The position numbers and the translations under genes are program-made. From the NCBI GenBank assembly GCA_963674595.2, contig CAXXFV010000008.1:224001-288000 (forward strand): a stretch of 64,000 nucleotides of DNA. The letters run 5' to 3'. Of this stretch, positions 35,203-46,761 are shown piece by piece (position 1 is the stretch's first letter; each line of letters starts with the position of its first letter). Below the pieces are notes generated by a model that had not been told where the DNA came from, made no database searches, and saw only the letters and a program-made list of their open reading frames with translations. The stretch is from a bacterium. Its GTDB lineage: Bacteria; Zhuqueibacterota; Zhuqueibacteria; Residuimicrobiales; Krinioviventaceae.

Positions 35203-35739
35203 GTGTCAAGAGTTGGAAAAGCGCCTATACCTATTCCTCAAGGTGTCGAGATAAATATTAATGACGGAGTCATTTCGGCCAAAGGCCCGAAAGGCGAGCT
35301 GTTTGTTAATGTTTCTACCGAACTTGAATATTCGTTGGAAAACAGCGAAATTACAGTAACTCGACCCAGTGATAGTAAAGAACATCGTTCAATACACGGT
35401 TTGTTCCGCTCGCTCGTTGCAAACATCGTTGACGGAGTGAGTAAAGGCTTTGAAAAGAAACTCGAGATCGTAGGAGTTGGTTACCGTGCTGAAATGAAAG
35501 GTAATAAACTACTATTGAACGTTGGATTTTCTCATCCGATCATTGTTCTTCCTCCTGAAGGAATTGAATTTAGCGTCGAGGGAAATAATCAATTTACCGT
35601 AAAAGGTATTGATAAACAACTTGTCGGACAAATGTCCGCAAAAATTAGATCATTACGTCCACCAGAACCGTACAAAGGAAAAGGTATCCGATACGCTGGT
35701 GAACAGGTAAGACGTAAAGCAGGTAAAACAGCTGCATAA
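35203..35739 (+). CDS. rplF: 50S ribosomal protein L6
   Basis: PEPYKGKGI motif; GTG start. Confidence 0.99.
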   Translation: MSRVGKAPIPIPQGVEININDGVISAKGPKGELFVNVSTELEYSLENSEITVTRPSDSKEHRSIHGLFRSLVANIVDGVSKGFEKKLEIVGVGYRAEMKGNKLLLNVGFSHPIIVLPPEGIEFSVEGNNQFTVKGIDKQLVGQMSAKIRSLRPPEPYKGKGIRYAGEQVRRKAGKTAA

Positions 35740-35787
35740 AAATTATGTGGTTATAATAAGACTAAAATTTTGTAATGAGATACGATT

Positions 35788-36162
35788 ATGCCTGATATAA
35801 CTATAAAAAAGCGCGTATTACGCAATAAAAGACGTAAACACATTCGTAAAACCATTATTGGTAGCAGTGAACGTCCGCGTTTGGTTGTTTTTAAAAGCAA
35901 CAAGCACATTTATGCTCAGTTGATTGATGATGTCTCTCAAACAACGATTACCGCCGCATCAACATTAACCAAAGAGATCGCTGCACAGTTGACTGATACA
36001 AAGTCCAAAATTGGAAAGGCTACTGTCGTAGGCGAACATGTGGCGAAACTTGCTACTGATAAAAAAATTAGTAAAATAGTTTTTGATCGTGCCGGTTATC
36101 TTTATCATGGTAGAGTAAAAGCATTAGCTGACGGTGCACGAAAAGGCGGTTTAGAGTTTTAA
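35788..36162 (+). CDS. rplR: 50S ribosomal protein L18
   Basis: RPRL, HIYAQ and YHGRVKAL motifs. Confidence 0.99.
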   Translation: MPDITIKKRVLRNKRRKHIRKTIIGSSERPRLVVFKSNKHIYAQLIDDVSQTTITAASTLTKEIAAQLTDTKSKIGKATVVGEHVAKLATDKKISKIVFDRAGYLYHGRVKALADGARKGGLEF

Positions 36163-36191
36163 CTAGAAACGGCGATAAAAGGAATTTCAAT

Positions 36192-36737
36192 ATGAAAAAC
36201 AAGGGTTTTGCTAGAATAAATCCTAACGAATTAGACCTCAACGAAAAAGTTATCCATGTAAACCGTGTTGCTAAAGTGGTTAAAGGTGGTAGACGGTTTA
36301 GTTTCAATGCTATTGTCGTTGTTGGTGACGGCAAAGGTGTTGTCGGCATCGGTCTTGGAAAAGCCAACGAAGTTGTTGACTGTATTTCCAAAGGTGCTGA
36401 GGCTGCAAAAAAGAATCTGATTCGTGTTCCATTAGTAAATGGTACAATCCCTCACGAAATTGAGGGAAAATTTGGTGCCGGACGCGTCTTTTTAAAACCA
36501 GCTTCGCCTGGTACCGGTGTTATTGCAGGTGGTCCTGTCCGTGCTATTATGGAAGCTGTTGGAGTAACCGACGTTTTAACAAAAAGCCGTGGTTCTGCCA
36601 ATCCTCATAATGTAGTAAAAGCGACCATGTTTGCACTGGAAAATATGCTTAATGTACAGGAAATTGCTCGTAAACGAGGTATGTCCGTTTTGCGGGTTTT
36701 TGATACAGAACCAAAACAACAAAGAGTTGAAGATTAA
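36192..36737 (+). CDS. rpsE: 30S ribosomal protein S5
   Basis: [11 protein letters not shown] and GTGVIAGG motifs. Confidence 0.99.
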   Translation: MKNKGFARINPNELDLNEKVIHVNRVAKVVKGGRRFSFNAIVVVGDGKGVVGIGLGKANEVVDCISKGAEAAKKNLIRVPLVNGTIPHEIEGKFGAGRVFLKPASPGTGVIAGGPVRAIMEAVGVTDVLTKSRGSANPHNVVKATMFALENMLNVQEIARKRGMSVLRVFDTEPKQQRVED

Positions 36738-36763
36738 TTTTTACACGAGCTGGGAAATTAATA

Positions 36764-36958
36764 ATGGCCAAGAAAAAAGTAAATCAAATAAAAATAACCT
36801 TAAAGCGCAGTACAATTGGACGCGGCGCAAAACAAAAGGCTACTGCCAGAGCGCTGGGATTTCGAAAGCTCAATCAGACAGTTGTACACGCTGATACTCC
36901 TGTAATTCGGGGTATGGTCAATAAAATAATTCACCTAGTGCACGTAGAAAATGCCTAG
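36764..36958 (+). CDS. rpmD: 50S ribosomal protein L30
   Basis: IKITLKRS and IRGMVNKI motifs. Confidence 0.97.
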   Translation: MAKKKVNQIKITLKRSTIGRGAKQKATARALGFRKLNQTVVHADTPVIRGMVNKIIHLVHVENA

Positions 36959-37004
36959 AGTATAAGAATTTTAGAGCTTTATTTAAGATATATTTGAGGC
37001 TGGA

Positions 37005-37439
37005 ATGGATTTATCTACTTTAAAATATGCAGAAGGTTCACGGAAGAATCGTAAACGAATTGGACGCGGTGGCGCGCATGGTAAAACAGCCACTCGTGGA
37101 CATAAAGGTCAACGATCCCGGTCTGGATCCAAAAAACGGTTATGGTTTGAAGGTGGGCAAATGCCGATCATGAGACGACTGCCCAAACGTGGATTCACAA
37201 ATTTTAACAGAACTGTTTTTCAAATCGTTAATGTTAGCGAATTGAATAAATTAAACGACGTCGAAGAAGTTAATCCTATTACTCTTTTTGAACACGGATT
37301 AATTAATAAAACCAAATTGCCCGTTAAAATTTTAGGTAACGGAACTCTGGAAAAGAAATTTATCGTCGCTGCCGATGCATTCAGCAAATCTGCAATTGAA
37401 AAAATCGAAGCAGCCGGCGGGAGGGCTTCTACATTATGA
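37005..37439 (+). CDS. rplO: 50S ribosomal protein L15
   Basis: RGHKGQRSR and FEGGQMP motifs. Confidence 0.99.
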   Translation: MDLSTLKYAEGSRKNRKRIGRGGAHGKTATRGHKGQRSRSGSKKRLWFEGGQMPIMRRLPKRGFTNFNRTVFQIVNVSELNKLNDVEEVNPITLFEHGLINKTKLPVKILGNGTLEKKFIVAADAFSKSAIEKIEAAGGRASTL

Positions 37440-38767
37440 TGAGTAGTGTGCAGAGCATTTTCAAAATTCCTGAACTCAAACGACGAATTCTGTTTACAGC
37501 ACTTATACTTATTGTTTACCGAATCGGTGGACACGTACCGATTCCAGGTGTTAATGCTCAGGCATTACTTGAGTATTTTGAAACGGCCCAACGAGGTTTA
37601 CTGGGATTGTATGATCTCTTTGCCGGTGGTGCTTTTTCACGTGCAACCGTATTTGCGCTTGGAATTATGCCCTATATCTCGGCTTCAATTATCATACAGT
37701 TGCTGGGTGCAGTCGTTCCCTACTTTCAGAAATTGCAGAAAGAGGGTGAACAGGGACGTAAGAAAATTACACAACTTACTCGTTATGGAACCGTCGCCAT
37801 CTCTGCTTTGCAGGGTTATGGCGTTAGTGTGTTTTTAGAACGTATTGGAACATCAGCCTCCGGTCAATTGGTTGTACCGTTTCCAGGATTTGGATTCCGT
37901 ATTTTAACGGTTTTAACGCTGGCCTGTGGAACTGTTCTTATCATGTGGCTTGGTGAAATGATAACTGAAAAAGGAATTGGCAACGGAATTTCTCTTATTA
38001 TCTTTATAGGTATTATTGCCAGATTTCCAAATTCAATATTCAGCGAACTTCAACAAGTTGTAGCCGGAACACGAAAACCCATCGTAGAAATTTCGTTATG
38101 GGTAATATTTGTGGCAACAATTGTGGTTACCATCCTGTTAACGCAAGGGACTCGTAAAATTCCGGTACAATATGCAAAACGTGTTGTTGGAAGAAAAATT
38201 TACGGCGGACAAAGTACACATATTCCGCTTCGTGTTAATACGGCCGGTGTTATGCCGATTATCTTTGCCCAGTCCATACTTTTTGTGCCTCAAACAATTG
38301 TACAGTTTTTTCCAAACAGTGACTTTGTGGCATCCATTAACATGTTGTTTGATTATCAATCCTGGACTTATTGGATAATCTATGGTATTATGATTGTGTT
38401 CTTTACATACTTTTACACAGCTATAGCCTTTAATCCGGTTGATGTTGCTGATAATATGAAAAAACAAGGTGGATTTATACCAGGCGTAAGACCCGGTAAA
38501 AAAACTGCCGAGTTTATTGATAATATTTTGACAAGAATTACATTGCCAGGATCTGTTATACTTGCCTTAATTGCGATATTTCCATCGATTTTGGCTAAAT
38601 ATACAAATGTTTCATATGACTTTGCCAGCTTTTATGGCGGCACTTCACTGCTGATCGTTGTTGGTGTTGCTCTGGATACACTGCAGCAAGTTGAATCTCA
38701 CCTGTTGATGAGACATTATGATGGTTTTATGAAAAGTGGTAAAATTCGCGGACGAAAACGATTTTAA
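37436..38767 (+). CDS. secY: Preprotein translocase subunit SecY
   Basis: [20 protein letters not shown] and PGVRPG motifs. Confidence 0.99.
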   Translation: MMSSVQSIFKIPELKRRILFTALILIVYRIGGHVPIPGVNAQALLEYFETAQRGLLGLYDLFAGGAFSRATVFALGIMPYISASIIIQLLGAVVPYFQKLQKEGEQGRKKITQLTRYGTVAISALQGYGVSVFLERIGTSASGQLVVPFPGFGFRILTVLTLACGTVLIMWLGEMITEKGIGNGISLIIFIGIIARFPNSIFSELQQVVAGTRKPIVEISLWVIFVATIVVTILLTQGTRKIPVQYAKRVVGRKIYGGQSTHIPLRVNTAGVMPIIFAQSILFVPQTIVQFFPNSDFVASINMLFDYQSWTYWIIYGIMIVFFTYFYTAIAFNPVDVADNMKKQGGFIPGVRPGKKTAEFIDNILTRITLPGSVILALIAIFPSILAKYTNVSYDFASFYGGTSLLIVVGVALDTLQQVESHLLMRHYDGFMKSGKIRGRKRF

Positions 38768-38794
38768 GGTAACGATTCAGGAAGGTGTTTATAT

Positions 38795-39430
38795 ATGCGC
38801 ATGATTTTTTTAGGCGCTCCAGGTTGCGGCAAAGGTACACAGGCATCAGTTTTATCTGAGAAAAAAAATATACCCCAAATATCCACTGGTGATATTTTGA
38901 GAAAAGCTGTTGCAGATGGAACGGAACTCGGTAAAAAAGCAAAAACAATTATGGAATCAGGTGATTTGGTTCCGGATGATATAATTTTAGGACTAATCAA
39001 AGAACGATTAGAGCAAAAAGACTGCGACAATGGATACATACTCGACGGTTTTCCCAGAACTCTCGTACAGGCAGAAAGCCTTGACGACATGTTGGGACAA
39101 GAAAAGCCGATAGATTGTGCTGTTTATTTTGAGGTTGATGAAAAGGAAATTATAAAAAGATTAACCAGTCGACGTACTTGCAGTCAATGTGGAAAAATAT
39201 ACAACATTTTAACAGACGATCTATCAGAAGATACGGCATGTAACGTCTGCGGTGGAAAAATTATTCAACGCGATGATGATTCTGAAGAAACCGTTAAAAA
39301 TCGTCTTGTTGTTTATAATGAAAAAACATTACCTTTGAAAGCTTTTTATGAAAAGCAAGGTAAGTTAAAGAATATTGATGGCTCTCAAACAATAGAAAAT
39401 GTAAGAGCTGATTTGGAATCGCTGTTTTAG
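38795..39430 (+). CDS. adk: Adenylate kinase (Zn-LID type)
   Basis: GAPGCGKGT and LDGFPRT motifs; CSQC/CNVC lid. Confidence 0.98.
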   Translation: MRMIFLGAPGCGKGTQASVLSEKKNIPQISTGDILRKAVADGTELGKKAKTIMESGDLVPDDIILGLIKERLEQKDCDNGYILDGFPRTLVQAESLDDMLGQEKPIDCAVYFEVDEKEIIKRLTSRRTCSQCGKIYNILTDDLSEDTACNVCGGKIIQRDDDSEETVKNRLVVYNEKTLPLKAFYEKQGKLKNIDGSQTIENVRADLESLF

Positions 39431-39445
39431 GTTTAGATTGATTTG

Positions 39446-40192
39446 ATGGCAATTAGTATAAAGAATTCGAGTGAAATAGAGATTATAAGAAAAAGTTGCG
39501 CCCTTGTTAAAGGTGCACTGGATTTAGCAGAAACTCGAATTAAAGCTGGTGTGTCGACGAAAGAAATTGATCTGGAAATTGGCGATTTTATAAGAAAGAA
39601 TGATGCCAAAGCTGCTTTTCTTGGATTTCATGGATACCCTGCAAATACCTGCATTTCGATTGACGAACAAGTAGTGCATGGTATACCAGGAAACAGAATC
39701 TTAAAAGACGGCGAAATAGTCAGCGTTGATATTGGTGTTGAGTATAAAGGATACTTTGGAGACGCAGCGAGAACTTTTTCAGTTGGAAACGTTTCTGAAG
39801 AAAAGCAAAGACTTTTAAAAATTACCAAAGAAGCTCTTTATTGTGGAATTGAACAGGCCAGAGAAGGTAACAGATTATACGATATTAGTGCTGCTATTCA
39901 GCAGCATGTAGAATCTGCCGGTTTTTCCGTAGTACGAGATCTTGTAGGACACGGTATAGGAAAGTCCTTGCATGAAGCGCCACAAATTCCTAACTTTGGA
40001 AGGCCAAATCACGGACCGAGATTAAAGTCAGGAATGGTGTTTGCCATTGAACCAATGGTAAATATTGGTACTTTTGACGTAATGACACTGGATGATAATT
40101 GGACTGTTGTAACTCTTGATGGGTTACCTTCTGCACATTTCGAGCACGATATTTTGATAAGAGATGGTAAGGCCGAGATTTTAACTGAATAA
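39446..40192 (+). CDS. map: Methionine aminopeptidase type I
   Basis: VVHGIP, GHGIG, AIEPM and SAHFEH motifs. Confidence 0.98.
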   Translation: MAISIKNSSEIEIIRKSCALVKGALDLAETRIKAGVSTKEIDLEIGDFIRKNDAKAAFLGFHGYPANTCISIDEQVVHGIPGNRILKDGEIVSVDIGVEYKGYFGDAARTFSVGNVSEEKQRLLKITKEALYCGIEQAREGNRLYDISAAIQQHVESAGFSVVRDLVGHGIGKSLHEAPQIPNFGRPNHGPRLKSGMVFAIEPMVNIGTFDVMTLDDNWTVVTLDGLPSAHFEHDILIRDGKAEILTE

Positions 40193-40212
40193 TAATAGTT
40201 AAAGAAAAAGAT

Positions 40213-40431
40213 ATGGCAAAAGAAGATTCAATAAAAATTGACGGAACTATTTTAGAAACTTTACCAAATGCAACATTTATGGTAGAGTTGGAAAACGGAC
40301 ACAAAGTGCTATCGCATATTTCAGGTAAGATGAGAATGCACTTTATTAAAATTTTGCCCGGAGACAAAGTGACGGTAGAGTTGTCACCTTATGATCTGTC
40401 ACGTGGTAGAATTATATACAGATATAAATAG
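40213..40431 (+). CDS. infA: Translation initiation factor IF-1
   Basis: SGKMR and SPYDL motifs. Confidence 0.99.
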   Translation: MAKEDSIKIDGTILETLPNATFMVELENGHKVLSHISGKMRMHFIKILPGDKVTVELSPYDLSRGRIIYRYK

Positions 40432-40476
40432 TAAGTAATCAAGACATAACGATATAACTAGAAATAGGAGCTTATC

Positions 40477-40593
40477 ATGAAGGTTCGAGCTTCAGTTAAG
40501 CAGATATGTGAACATTGCAAAGTAATCCGCCGTAAAGGCAAAGTTCGTATTATATGTAAACGAAATCCACGCCATAAACAGCGTCAAGGTTAA
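40477..40593 (+). CDS. rpmJ: 50S ribosomal protein L36 (38 aa, C+ form)
   Basis: Below the ORF cutoff; translates as [38 protein letters not shown]. Confidence 0.98.
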   Translation: MKVRASVKQICEHCKVIRRKGKVRIICKRNPRHKQRQG

Positions 40594-40616
40594 TTTTAAG
40601 ATAAAAGGAGATCATC

Positions 40617-40985
40617 TTGGCTCGTATTGCTGGTATAGATTTACCTCGAGAAAAGAGAATTGAAATTGCTCTGACCTATATCATGGGAATTGGATTATCC
40701 GCTTCTCAAAAGATTTTGGAAACAACCGGAATAGATTGTAATACACGTGTTAAAGATATGACACCTGATCAAGTGGCGCTTATCCGTGATGAGATTTCCA
40801 ATTCCTACAAAGTAGAAGGTGCATTGCGTAGTGAAGTACACATGAACATCAAAAGATTGATGGACATTGGTTGTTACCGTGGACTACGGCACCGAAGAAA
40901 TTTGCCTTGTAGAGGTCAAAGAACACACACAAATGCTCGAACCCGTAGAGGGAAACGAAGCACAAGCATTAAAAAGAAAAAATAA
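40617..40985 (+). CDS. rpsM: 30S ribosomal protein S13
   Basis: ARIAG, YRGLRH and RGQRT motifs; TTG start. Confidence 0.99.
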   Translation: MARIAGIDLPREKRIEIALTYIMGIGLSASQKILETTGIDCNTRVKDMTPDQVALIRDEISNSYKVEGALRSEVHMNIKRLMDIGCYRGLRHRRNLPCRGQRTHTNARTRRGKRSTSIKKKK

Positions 40986-41020
40986 GTTTGTCTTAACCAT
41001 AGAATCGTAAGAGGTGTTAA

Positions 41021-41410
41021 TTGGCTGGTCCAAGAAGAAAAAGCACAAAGAAAAAAGAAAAAGTGGAAGCTAATGGTGTTGCCCACATCAAAGTCACTTT
41101 TAACAACACCAACGTCACATTAACAGACATATATGGTAATGTTATATCATGGGCTACATCCGGCCGGGTAGGATTTAAAGGATCACGTAAAAGTACGCCT
41201 TTTGCCGCCCAGTTAGCTGCTGAAACTGCCGCTAAAGAAGCCATGGATTTAGGACTCAAACGTATTGAAGTTTTGGTTAAAGGACCTGGCGCAGGACGTG
41301 AAGCTGCAGTTCGTTCTTTACAAGCTGCAGGACTTGAAGTAACGGCAATTAAAGACGTTTCTTCTATTCCGCATAATGGTTGTCGTCCACCAAAAAGACG
41401 TCGTGTGTAA
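41021..41410 (+). CDS. rpsK: 30S ribosomal protein S11
   Basis: FNNT, KSTPFAA and PHNGCRP motifs; TTG start. Confidence 0.99.
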   Translation: MAGPRRKSTKKKEKVEANGVAHIKVTFNNTNVTLTDIYGNVISWATSGRVGFKGSRKSTPFAAQLAAETAAKEAMDLGLKRIEVLVKGPGAGREAAVRSLQAAGLEVTAIKDVSSIPHNGCRPPKRRRV

Positions 41411-41481
41411 AACATTTAGTTTTCAAATTAAAACAAATTAGTTTATTCAGCTTTATGCTGTACCAATAGGAGGTTTGTTTA

Positions 41482-42111
41482 ATGGCAAAATATAATGGTG
41501 CTGATTGCAAATTGTGTCGAAGGGAAGGAATGAAACTCTTCTTAAAAGGCACTAAATGCGGTACCAACAAATGCCCTTTTGAGAAAAAAGGCTATGCGCC
41601 AGGACAACATGGACAAAAGAGAAGATTCAAACAATCTGAATACTCAATACAGTTACGTGAAAAGCAAAAAGTGAAAAGAATGTATGGAATTTTGGAAAAA
41701 CAGTTCCGACTTTACTTTTCTAAAGCTGACCGTTCCAAAGGTATTACAGGTGAAAATCTTTTGAAAATGTTGGAATGTCGTTTGGATAACGTAATTTATC
41801 GACTCGGAATGGCGCCATCACGCGCTGGTGCAAGACAACTTATTCGACATAGACATTTCCTGGTAAATGGTCAATTGGTTGATATTCCGTCGGCCCAGGT
41901 TCAATCAGGCGATGAAATTATGGTTGTTAATAAAAGCCGACAAATGGATGTTATTCATAGCTCTATGAAAAAAGTCCGTGACGGAAAACTGGTAAACTGG
42001 CTGGCATTAGACAAAGCCGCTATGAAGGGTACACTCTTGGAGATACCCGATCGTGAAAATATTCCGGTTAATGTCAACGAACAATTAATTGTAGAGTTGT
42101 ACTCAAAATAA
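41482..42111 (+). CDS. rpsD: 30S ribosomal protein S4 (zinc-binding form)
   Basis: CKLCRREG...KC...KC, LREKQK and RLDN motifs. Confidence 0.99.
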   Translation: MAKYNGADCKLCRREGMKLFLKGTKCGTNKCPFEKKGYAPGQHGQKRRFKQSEYSIQLREKQKVKRMYGILEKQFRLYFSKADRSKGITGENLLKMLECRLDNVIYRLGMAPSRAGARQLIRHRHFLVNGQLVDIPSAQVQSGDEIMVVNKSRQMDVIHSSMKKVRDGKLVNWLALDKAAMKGTLLEIPDRENIPVNVNEQLIVELYSK

Positions 42112-42170
42112 TTAGATTATTTAAGGCATTAAAGTCTAATTTTTTAATTAAATACAAATGGAGTTTATAT

Positions 42171-43154
42171 ATGGCTTTGCCAAGTTTTCAGATGCCCGAA
42201 AGCATTGAGCTGGATGAGTCGACTTATAGCAATACATATGGAAAGTTCATTGTTCAACCACTGGAAAGAGGTTTCGGTACTACAATTGGTAATTCATTAA
42301 GACGTGTTCTTTTATCTTCTATTCCTGGTGCAGCAATTACATCATTTCGGATAGATAACATCTTGCATGAATTTAGTACTATTGATGGTGTTACCGAAGA
42401 TGTTTCCGAATTTGTGCTAAACTTGAAACAGGTCAAAATTAAGTTAATAGACAAAAGACCTGATAAAGTTATGGTTGATGTTAAAGGTCCTGGTGCACTT
42501 ACAGCAGGTGACATCGGACTTAATAGCAATGATTTTGAAATTTTAAATCCAGATTTACACATTGCCACATTAAACGACTCTGCCGATTTCAAACTGGAAT
42601 TAAGGCTCGGACGTGGTCGTGGCTATGTTCCATCTGAAGAGAATAAATTTCCTGACATGCCTATTGGAACTGTACCAATCGATGCTATTTTTACGCCGGT
42701 CACCAATGTTACATATCGGGTTGAAAATACTCGTGTAGGACAACGTACCGATTTTGAACGACTTGTCCTCGAAATCACTACTGACGGTAGTATTACACCG
42801 GATGATGCATTAAGCTATGCTGGTAAAATTCTTAAAGACCATATACAATTATTTATTACGTTCGATATCGAACCCGAAGAAGAAGAAGTTCCTGAAATTG
42901 ATGAAGAAATTATTCGTATTCGAAAGTTATTAAAAATGAGTGTTGATGAATTGGAACTTTCGGTACGTTCTCATAATTGTCTTACTGCTGCAAACATAAG
43001 AACAATTGGCGATCTTGTAGGTCGTGATGAACAGGAAATGTTAAAATTCAGGAATTTTGGTCGAAAATCTTTAACCGAATTAAACAAAATCCTCGAAGAA
43101 AAGGGTATTTATTTCGGAATGGATGTCGATAAATATTTAAAGGATGAAGATTAA
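42171..43154 (+). CDS. rpoA: RNA polymerase alpha subunit
   Basis: PLERGFGTTIGNSLRR, LSVRSHNCL and NFGRKSL motifs. Confidence 0.99.
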   Translation: MALPSFQMPESIELDESTYSNTYGKFIVQPLERGFGTTIGNSLRRVLLSSIPGAAITSFRIDNILHEFSTIDGVTEDVSEFVLNLKQVKIKLIDKRPDKVMVDVKGPGALTAGDIGLNSNDFEILNPDLHIATLNDSADFKLELRLGRGRGYVPSEENKFPDMPIGTVPIDAIFTPVTNVTYRVENTRVGQRTDFERLVLEITTDGSITPDDALSYAGKILKDHIQLFITFDIEPEEEEVPEIDEEIIRIRKLLKMSVDELELSVRSHNCLTAANIRTIGDLVGRDEQEMLKFRNFGRKSLTELNKILEEKGIYFGMDVDKYLKDED

Positions 43155-43202
43155 CGATTATTGTTCCTCATGACAAAGATTAAGAGTTGAAGGAATTTTT
43201 AT

Positions 43203-43667
43203 ATGCGACATTTAAAATCTGGACGAAAATTAGGCCGCACAACAAGTCATAGAAAAGCATTGTTGTCAAACATTGCTGCGGCCCTGATTGAACATAAAAG
43301 TATTGTAACAACCAAAGCAAAAGCTAAAGAAGCACGTTCTACTGTTGAACGACTGATAACCTTTGCAAAAAAAGGTGACCTTGCTTCACGCCGTCAAGTT
43401 TTGAAAACAATTCGAAACAAAGATCTTGTTAAACAATTGTTTGACGATATCGCACCCAAGTATGAAGATCGTTCGGGAGGCTATACCCGCGTTATAAAAC
43501 TTGGATTGAGAAAAGGCGATAACGCACCAATGGCAATTCTTGAAATGGTTGGATACGAAAACATCCAATCCCAAAAGATTGAAAAGCAACGCAAAAAACG
43601 CGAAGCAAAAGAAAAACAAGAAGAAGCTGAAGCAACCCAGGAAGATAATTCCAGCAAAGACGAATAA
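43203..43667 (+). CDS. rplQ: 50S ribosomal protein L17
   Basis: MRH...LGR and GGYTR motifs; charged C-terminal tail. Confidence 0.99.
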   Translation: MRHLKSGRKLGRTTSHRKALLSNIAAALIEHKSIVTTKAKAKEARSTVERLITFAKKGDLASRRQVLKTIRNKDLVKQLFDDIAPKYEDRSGGYTRVIKLGLRKGDNAPMAILEMVGYENIQSQKIEKQRKKREAKEKQEEAEATQEDNSSKDE

Positions 43668-43690
43668 TCTTTTTGATGATGAAAATTTAC

Positions 43691-43722
43691 AAGGGCAATC
43701 ACATGGATTGCCCTTTTTTTTT
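43691..43722 (+). terminator. Intrinsic terminator ending the ribosomal supercluster
   Basis: AAGGGCAATC / GATTGCCCTT stem plus T run. Confidence 0.9.
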
Positions 43723-43817
43723 CTTCATAGGATGTATGAGCCTGCTGGAAAATTTCATTTGTTTTTAATTATTTATTCATTACTTTAATGAAATATTAAT
43801 AATTAGTTGAGCACAAT

Positions 43818-45476
43818 ATGAGTCTAGATCGTTTGCATATTAAAGCCCCTGTTGGAAACACCCTCTCATGCAAAGGTTGGATACAGGAAGCTGCAATGCG
43901 TATGCTTATGAACAACCTTGATGCTAATGTTGCGGAGAACCCTCAGGAACTTGTAGTTTACGGCGGTTCCGGCAAAGCAGCGCGAAACTGGGCGTGTTAT
44001 GATGCAATTATTAAACATTTAAAGCTGCTTGAAGATGATGAAACCTTACTTGTTCAATCCGGCAAGCCTGTCGGTATTTTTCAAACACACACCAATGCGC
44101 CGCGTGTTTTAATTGCCAATTCTCTTCTTGTTCCTCATTGGGCCAATTGGGAAAATTTTAGAAAATATGAAAAAGCCGGTCTTACAATGTATGGTCAGAT
44201 GACGGCCGGAAGCTGGATATATATTGGCTCTCAGGGGATTTTACAGGGGACCTATGAAACATTTGCCCAGGCAGGCAAACAGCATTTTGATGGAAATTTT
44301 TCAAATAAATTGATTGTCACGGCAGGACTGGGAGGTATGGGAGGGGCCCAGCCTTTAGCCGCTACTATGAATTCTGCCACAATTTTAGCTGCTGAAGTTG
44401 ATAAAAGCCGTATTGTTAAAAGAATTGAAACCGGTTATTTGAATTTTTATTCAGATGATTTGGATCAGGCCATAAAAATGGCTTTATACGCCAGAGATAA
44501 TGGCAAACCTTATTCTGTTGGCTGGCTTGGTAATGCTGCGGATTTACTTGAGCGATTAATCAAGATGGACCTTATTCCGGATATGCTGACAGATCAAACT
44601 TCTGCTCATGATGAATTAAACGGTTATGTACCTGCCGGCATGAGCTTTGAACAAGCCGTCCAGTTAAGAAAATCAAATCCCGGTGAATATATAAATAAAT
44701 CATACGAAACCATGGCCCGGCATGTTCGTGCGATGCTTGAGCTGCAAAAAAGAGGTGCCATTACTTTTGACTATGGAAATAACATACGTGCGCAAGCCCT
44801 CAAAGCAGGTGTAGAAAACGCCTTTGACTTTAAGGGATTTGTTCCTTTATATATTCGTCCTCTGTTTTGCGAGGGTAAAGGTCCTTTTCGTTGGGTAGCT
44901 TTATCCGGTGATCCACAGGATATTGCCCGAACAGATGAAATTGTTGTCGACCTGTTTCCTGAAGACAAAGCATTGGTTCAATGGATTAAAATGGCTTCTG
45001 AAAAAATAAAGTTTCAAGGACTTCCATCGCGAATCTGCTGGTTAGGGTATGGTGACAGAGAAAAACTGGGACTTGCGATAAACAAGGCCGTTGCGGACGG
45101 CATTATCAGCGCCCCGATTGTAATAGGAAGAGATCATTTGGATGCGGGCTCAGTCGCATCACCAAATCGTGAAACAGAATTAATGAAAGACGGGTCTGAT
45201 GCTATTGCAGATTGGCCTATTTTAAATGCGTTATTAAACACAGCATCCGGTGCATCATGGGTTTCTGTGCATCATGGCGGTGGCGTTGGTATTGGCTATT
45301 CTTTGCATGCCGGACAGGTGATTGTTGCAGATGGAACCAAAGAAGCGGCATTTCGTTTAAAAAGGGTGTTAACAAATGATCCCGGAAGTGGTGTTATGAG
45401 GCATGTGGATGCAGGATATGAAAAAGCTATTGAAACGGCTAAAAATAAAAACATTAAAATTCCTGTCATAAATTAA
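43818..45476 (+). CDS. hutU: Urocanate hydratase
   Basis: [30 protein letters not shown] and HHGGGVG motifs. Confidence 0.98.
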   Translation: MSLDRLHIKAPVGNTLSCKGWIQEAAMRMLMNNLDANVAENPQELVVYGGSGKAARNWACYDAIIKHLKLLEDDETLLVQSGKPVGIFQTHTNAPRVLIANSLLVPHWANWENFRKYEKAGLTMYGQMTAGSWIYIGSQGILQGTYETFAQAGKQHFDGNFSNKLIVTAGLGGMGGAQPLAATMNSATILAAEVDKSRIVKRIETGYLNFYSDDLDQAIKMALYARDNGKPYSVGWLGNAADLLERLIKMDLIPDMLTDQTSAHDELNGYVPAGMSFEQAVQLRKSNPGEYINKSYETMARHVRAMLELQKRGAITFDYGNNIRAQALKAGVENAFDFKGFVPLYIRPLFCEGKGPFRWVALSGDPQDIARTDEIVVDLFPEDKALVQWIKMASEKIKFQGLPSRICWLGYGDREKLGLAINKAVADGIISAPIVIGRDHLDAGSVASPNRETELMKDGSDAIADWPILNALLNTASGASWVSVHHGGGVGIGYSLHAGQVIVADGTKEAAFRLKRVLTNDPGSGVMRHVDAGYEKAIETAKNKNIKIPVIN

Positions 45477-45498
45477 GATAATAAAATTTAAGATTTTT

Positions 45499-46761
45499 TT
45501 GAAAAAAGCAAATCTAGTTATAAAAAATGCTCAACAACTGATCCAGCCGTTTTTTGATATATCTACAAAAAAAGCTGGTGTAACATACCTGGAAAATGCT
45601 TATATTGCCTGTGATGAAGAATGTATTGTTTTTACAGGTACAGAGGAAGAATTTAACCGCTCGATAAATTCTTTTGATGCTACTATTATAGATGCTTCCG
45701 GTAAAATTGTTTTACCGGGTTTTATCGATGCTCATACACACCCTGTTTTTGCTGAAACGCGTGAACGCGAATTTGAAATGCGAGCTATGGGAATGACTTA
45801 TGAGCAAATTGCATCTGCCGGTGGTGGAATAAGATCGAGCGTTCGTGCTTTACGAAATTCGAGTTTTGAACAATTGGTTGAGCTCGGTTTAAAACGTTTA
45901 GACCGGTTTTTAGCCTGCGGCACAACAACGATAGAAGCAAAAAGTGGTTATGGTTTGTCCTTAAAGGACGAGATTAAGATACTTGAAGTAATACGGGAAC
46001 TTGATAAATTACATCCCGTTGACCTGGTTCCCACATTTTTGGGAGCACATGAAATTCCGGACGAGTATCGAAATAAACGAGATCACTATATAGATATTGT
46101 TATAAACGAGATGATCCCTGCGGTTGCGGAACAAAAACTTGCTGTTTTTTGTGACGTATTTTACGAACACCATGTGTTTAACAGGGCTGAAACAGAAAGA
46201 ATAATTCAGGCCGGGATCGATTATGGACTTTATCCCAAACTCCATGTTGATCAATTATCAGATGGTCACGGTGCCGAACTTGCTGCAGATTTAAATACCG
46301 TTTCAGCGGATCATTTAGACTATATTAATGAACAGGGTATATATTCACTTGCTGAAAAAGATACCGTACCTGTTCTTTTGCCCGGTGCTGTTTTCTTTTT
46401 AGGATTGACGAAATATGCTCCGGCCCGAAAAATGATTGATGCAGGTTTACCAGTGGCTTTGGCCACGGATTTTAATCCGGGATCCTGTCCGTGTCAGTCA
46501 ATACCAATGATGATGTCTATTGCCTGTACTCACATGCAAATGAAAATTGATGAAGCTGTTTGTGCTGTAACTGTGCATGCCGCTTCAAGTATTCATAAAC
46601 AAAATTCATTGGGTACAATAAAAAACGGCATGCAGGCCGACCTGATTGTTTTAGATATTCCAAATTATAAATTAATCCCATATTATTTCGGAATGTCGTT
46701 TGTTGAGACAGTAATTAAAAATGGAAAATTAGTTGCAGAATTTAAGGTAAAATCTATATGA
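45499..46761 (+). CDS. hutI: Imidazolonepropionase
   Basis: PGFIDAHTH, EAKSGYGL and ATDFNPGS motifs; TTG start. Confidence 0.96.
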   Translation: MKKANLVIKNAQQLIQPFFDISTKKAGVTYLENAYIACDEECIVFTGTEEEFNRSINSFDATIIDASGKIVLPGFIDAHTHPVFAETREREFEMRAMGMTYEQIASAGGGIRSSVRALRNSSFEQLVELGLKRLDRFLACGTTTIEAKSGYGLSLKDEIKILEVIRELDKLHPVDLVPTFLGAHEIPDEYRNKRDHYIDIVINEMIPAVAEQKLAVFCDVFYEHHVFNRAETERIIQAGIDYGLYPKLHVDQLSDGHGAELAADLNTVSADHLDYINEQGIYSLAEKDTVPVLLPGAVFFLGLTKYAPARKMIDAGLPVALATDFNPGSCPCQSIPMMMSIACTHMQMKIDEAVCAVTVHAASSIHKQNSLGTIKNGMQADLIVLDIPNYKLIPYYFGMSFVETVIKNGKLVAEFKVKSI

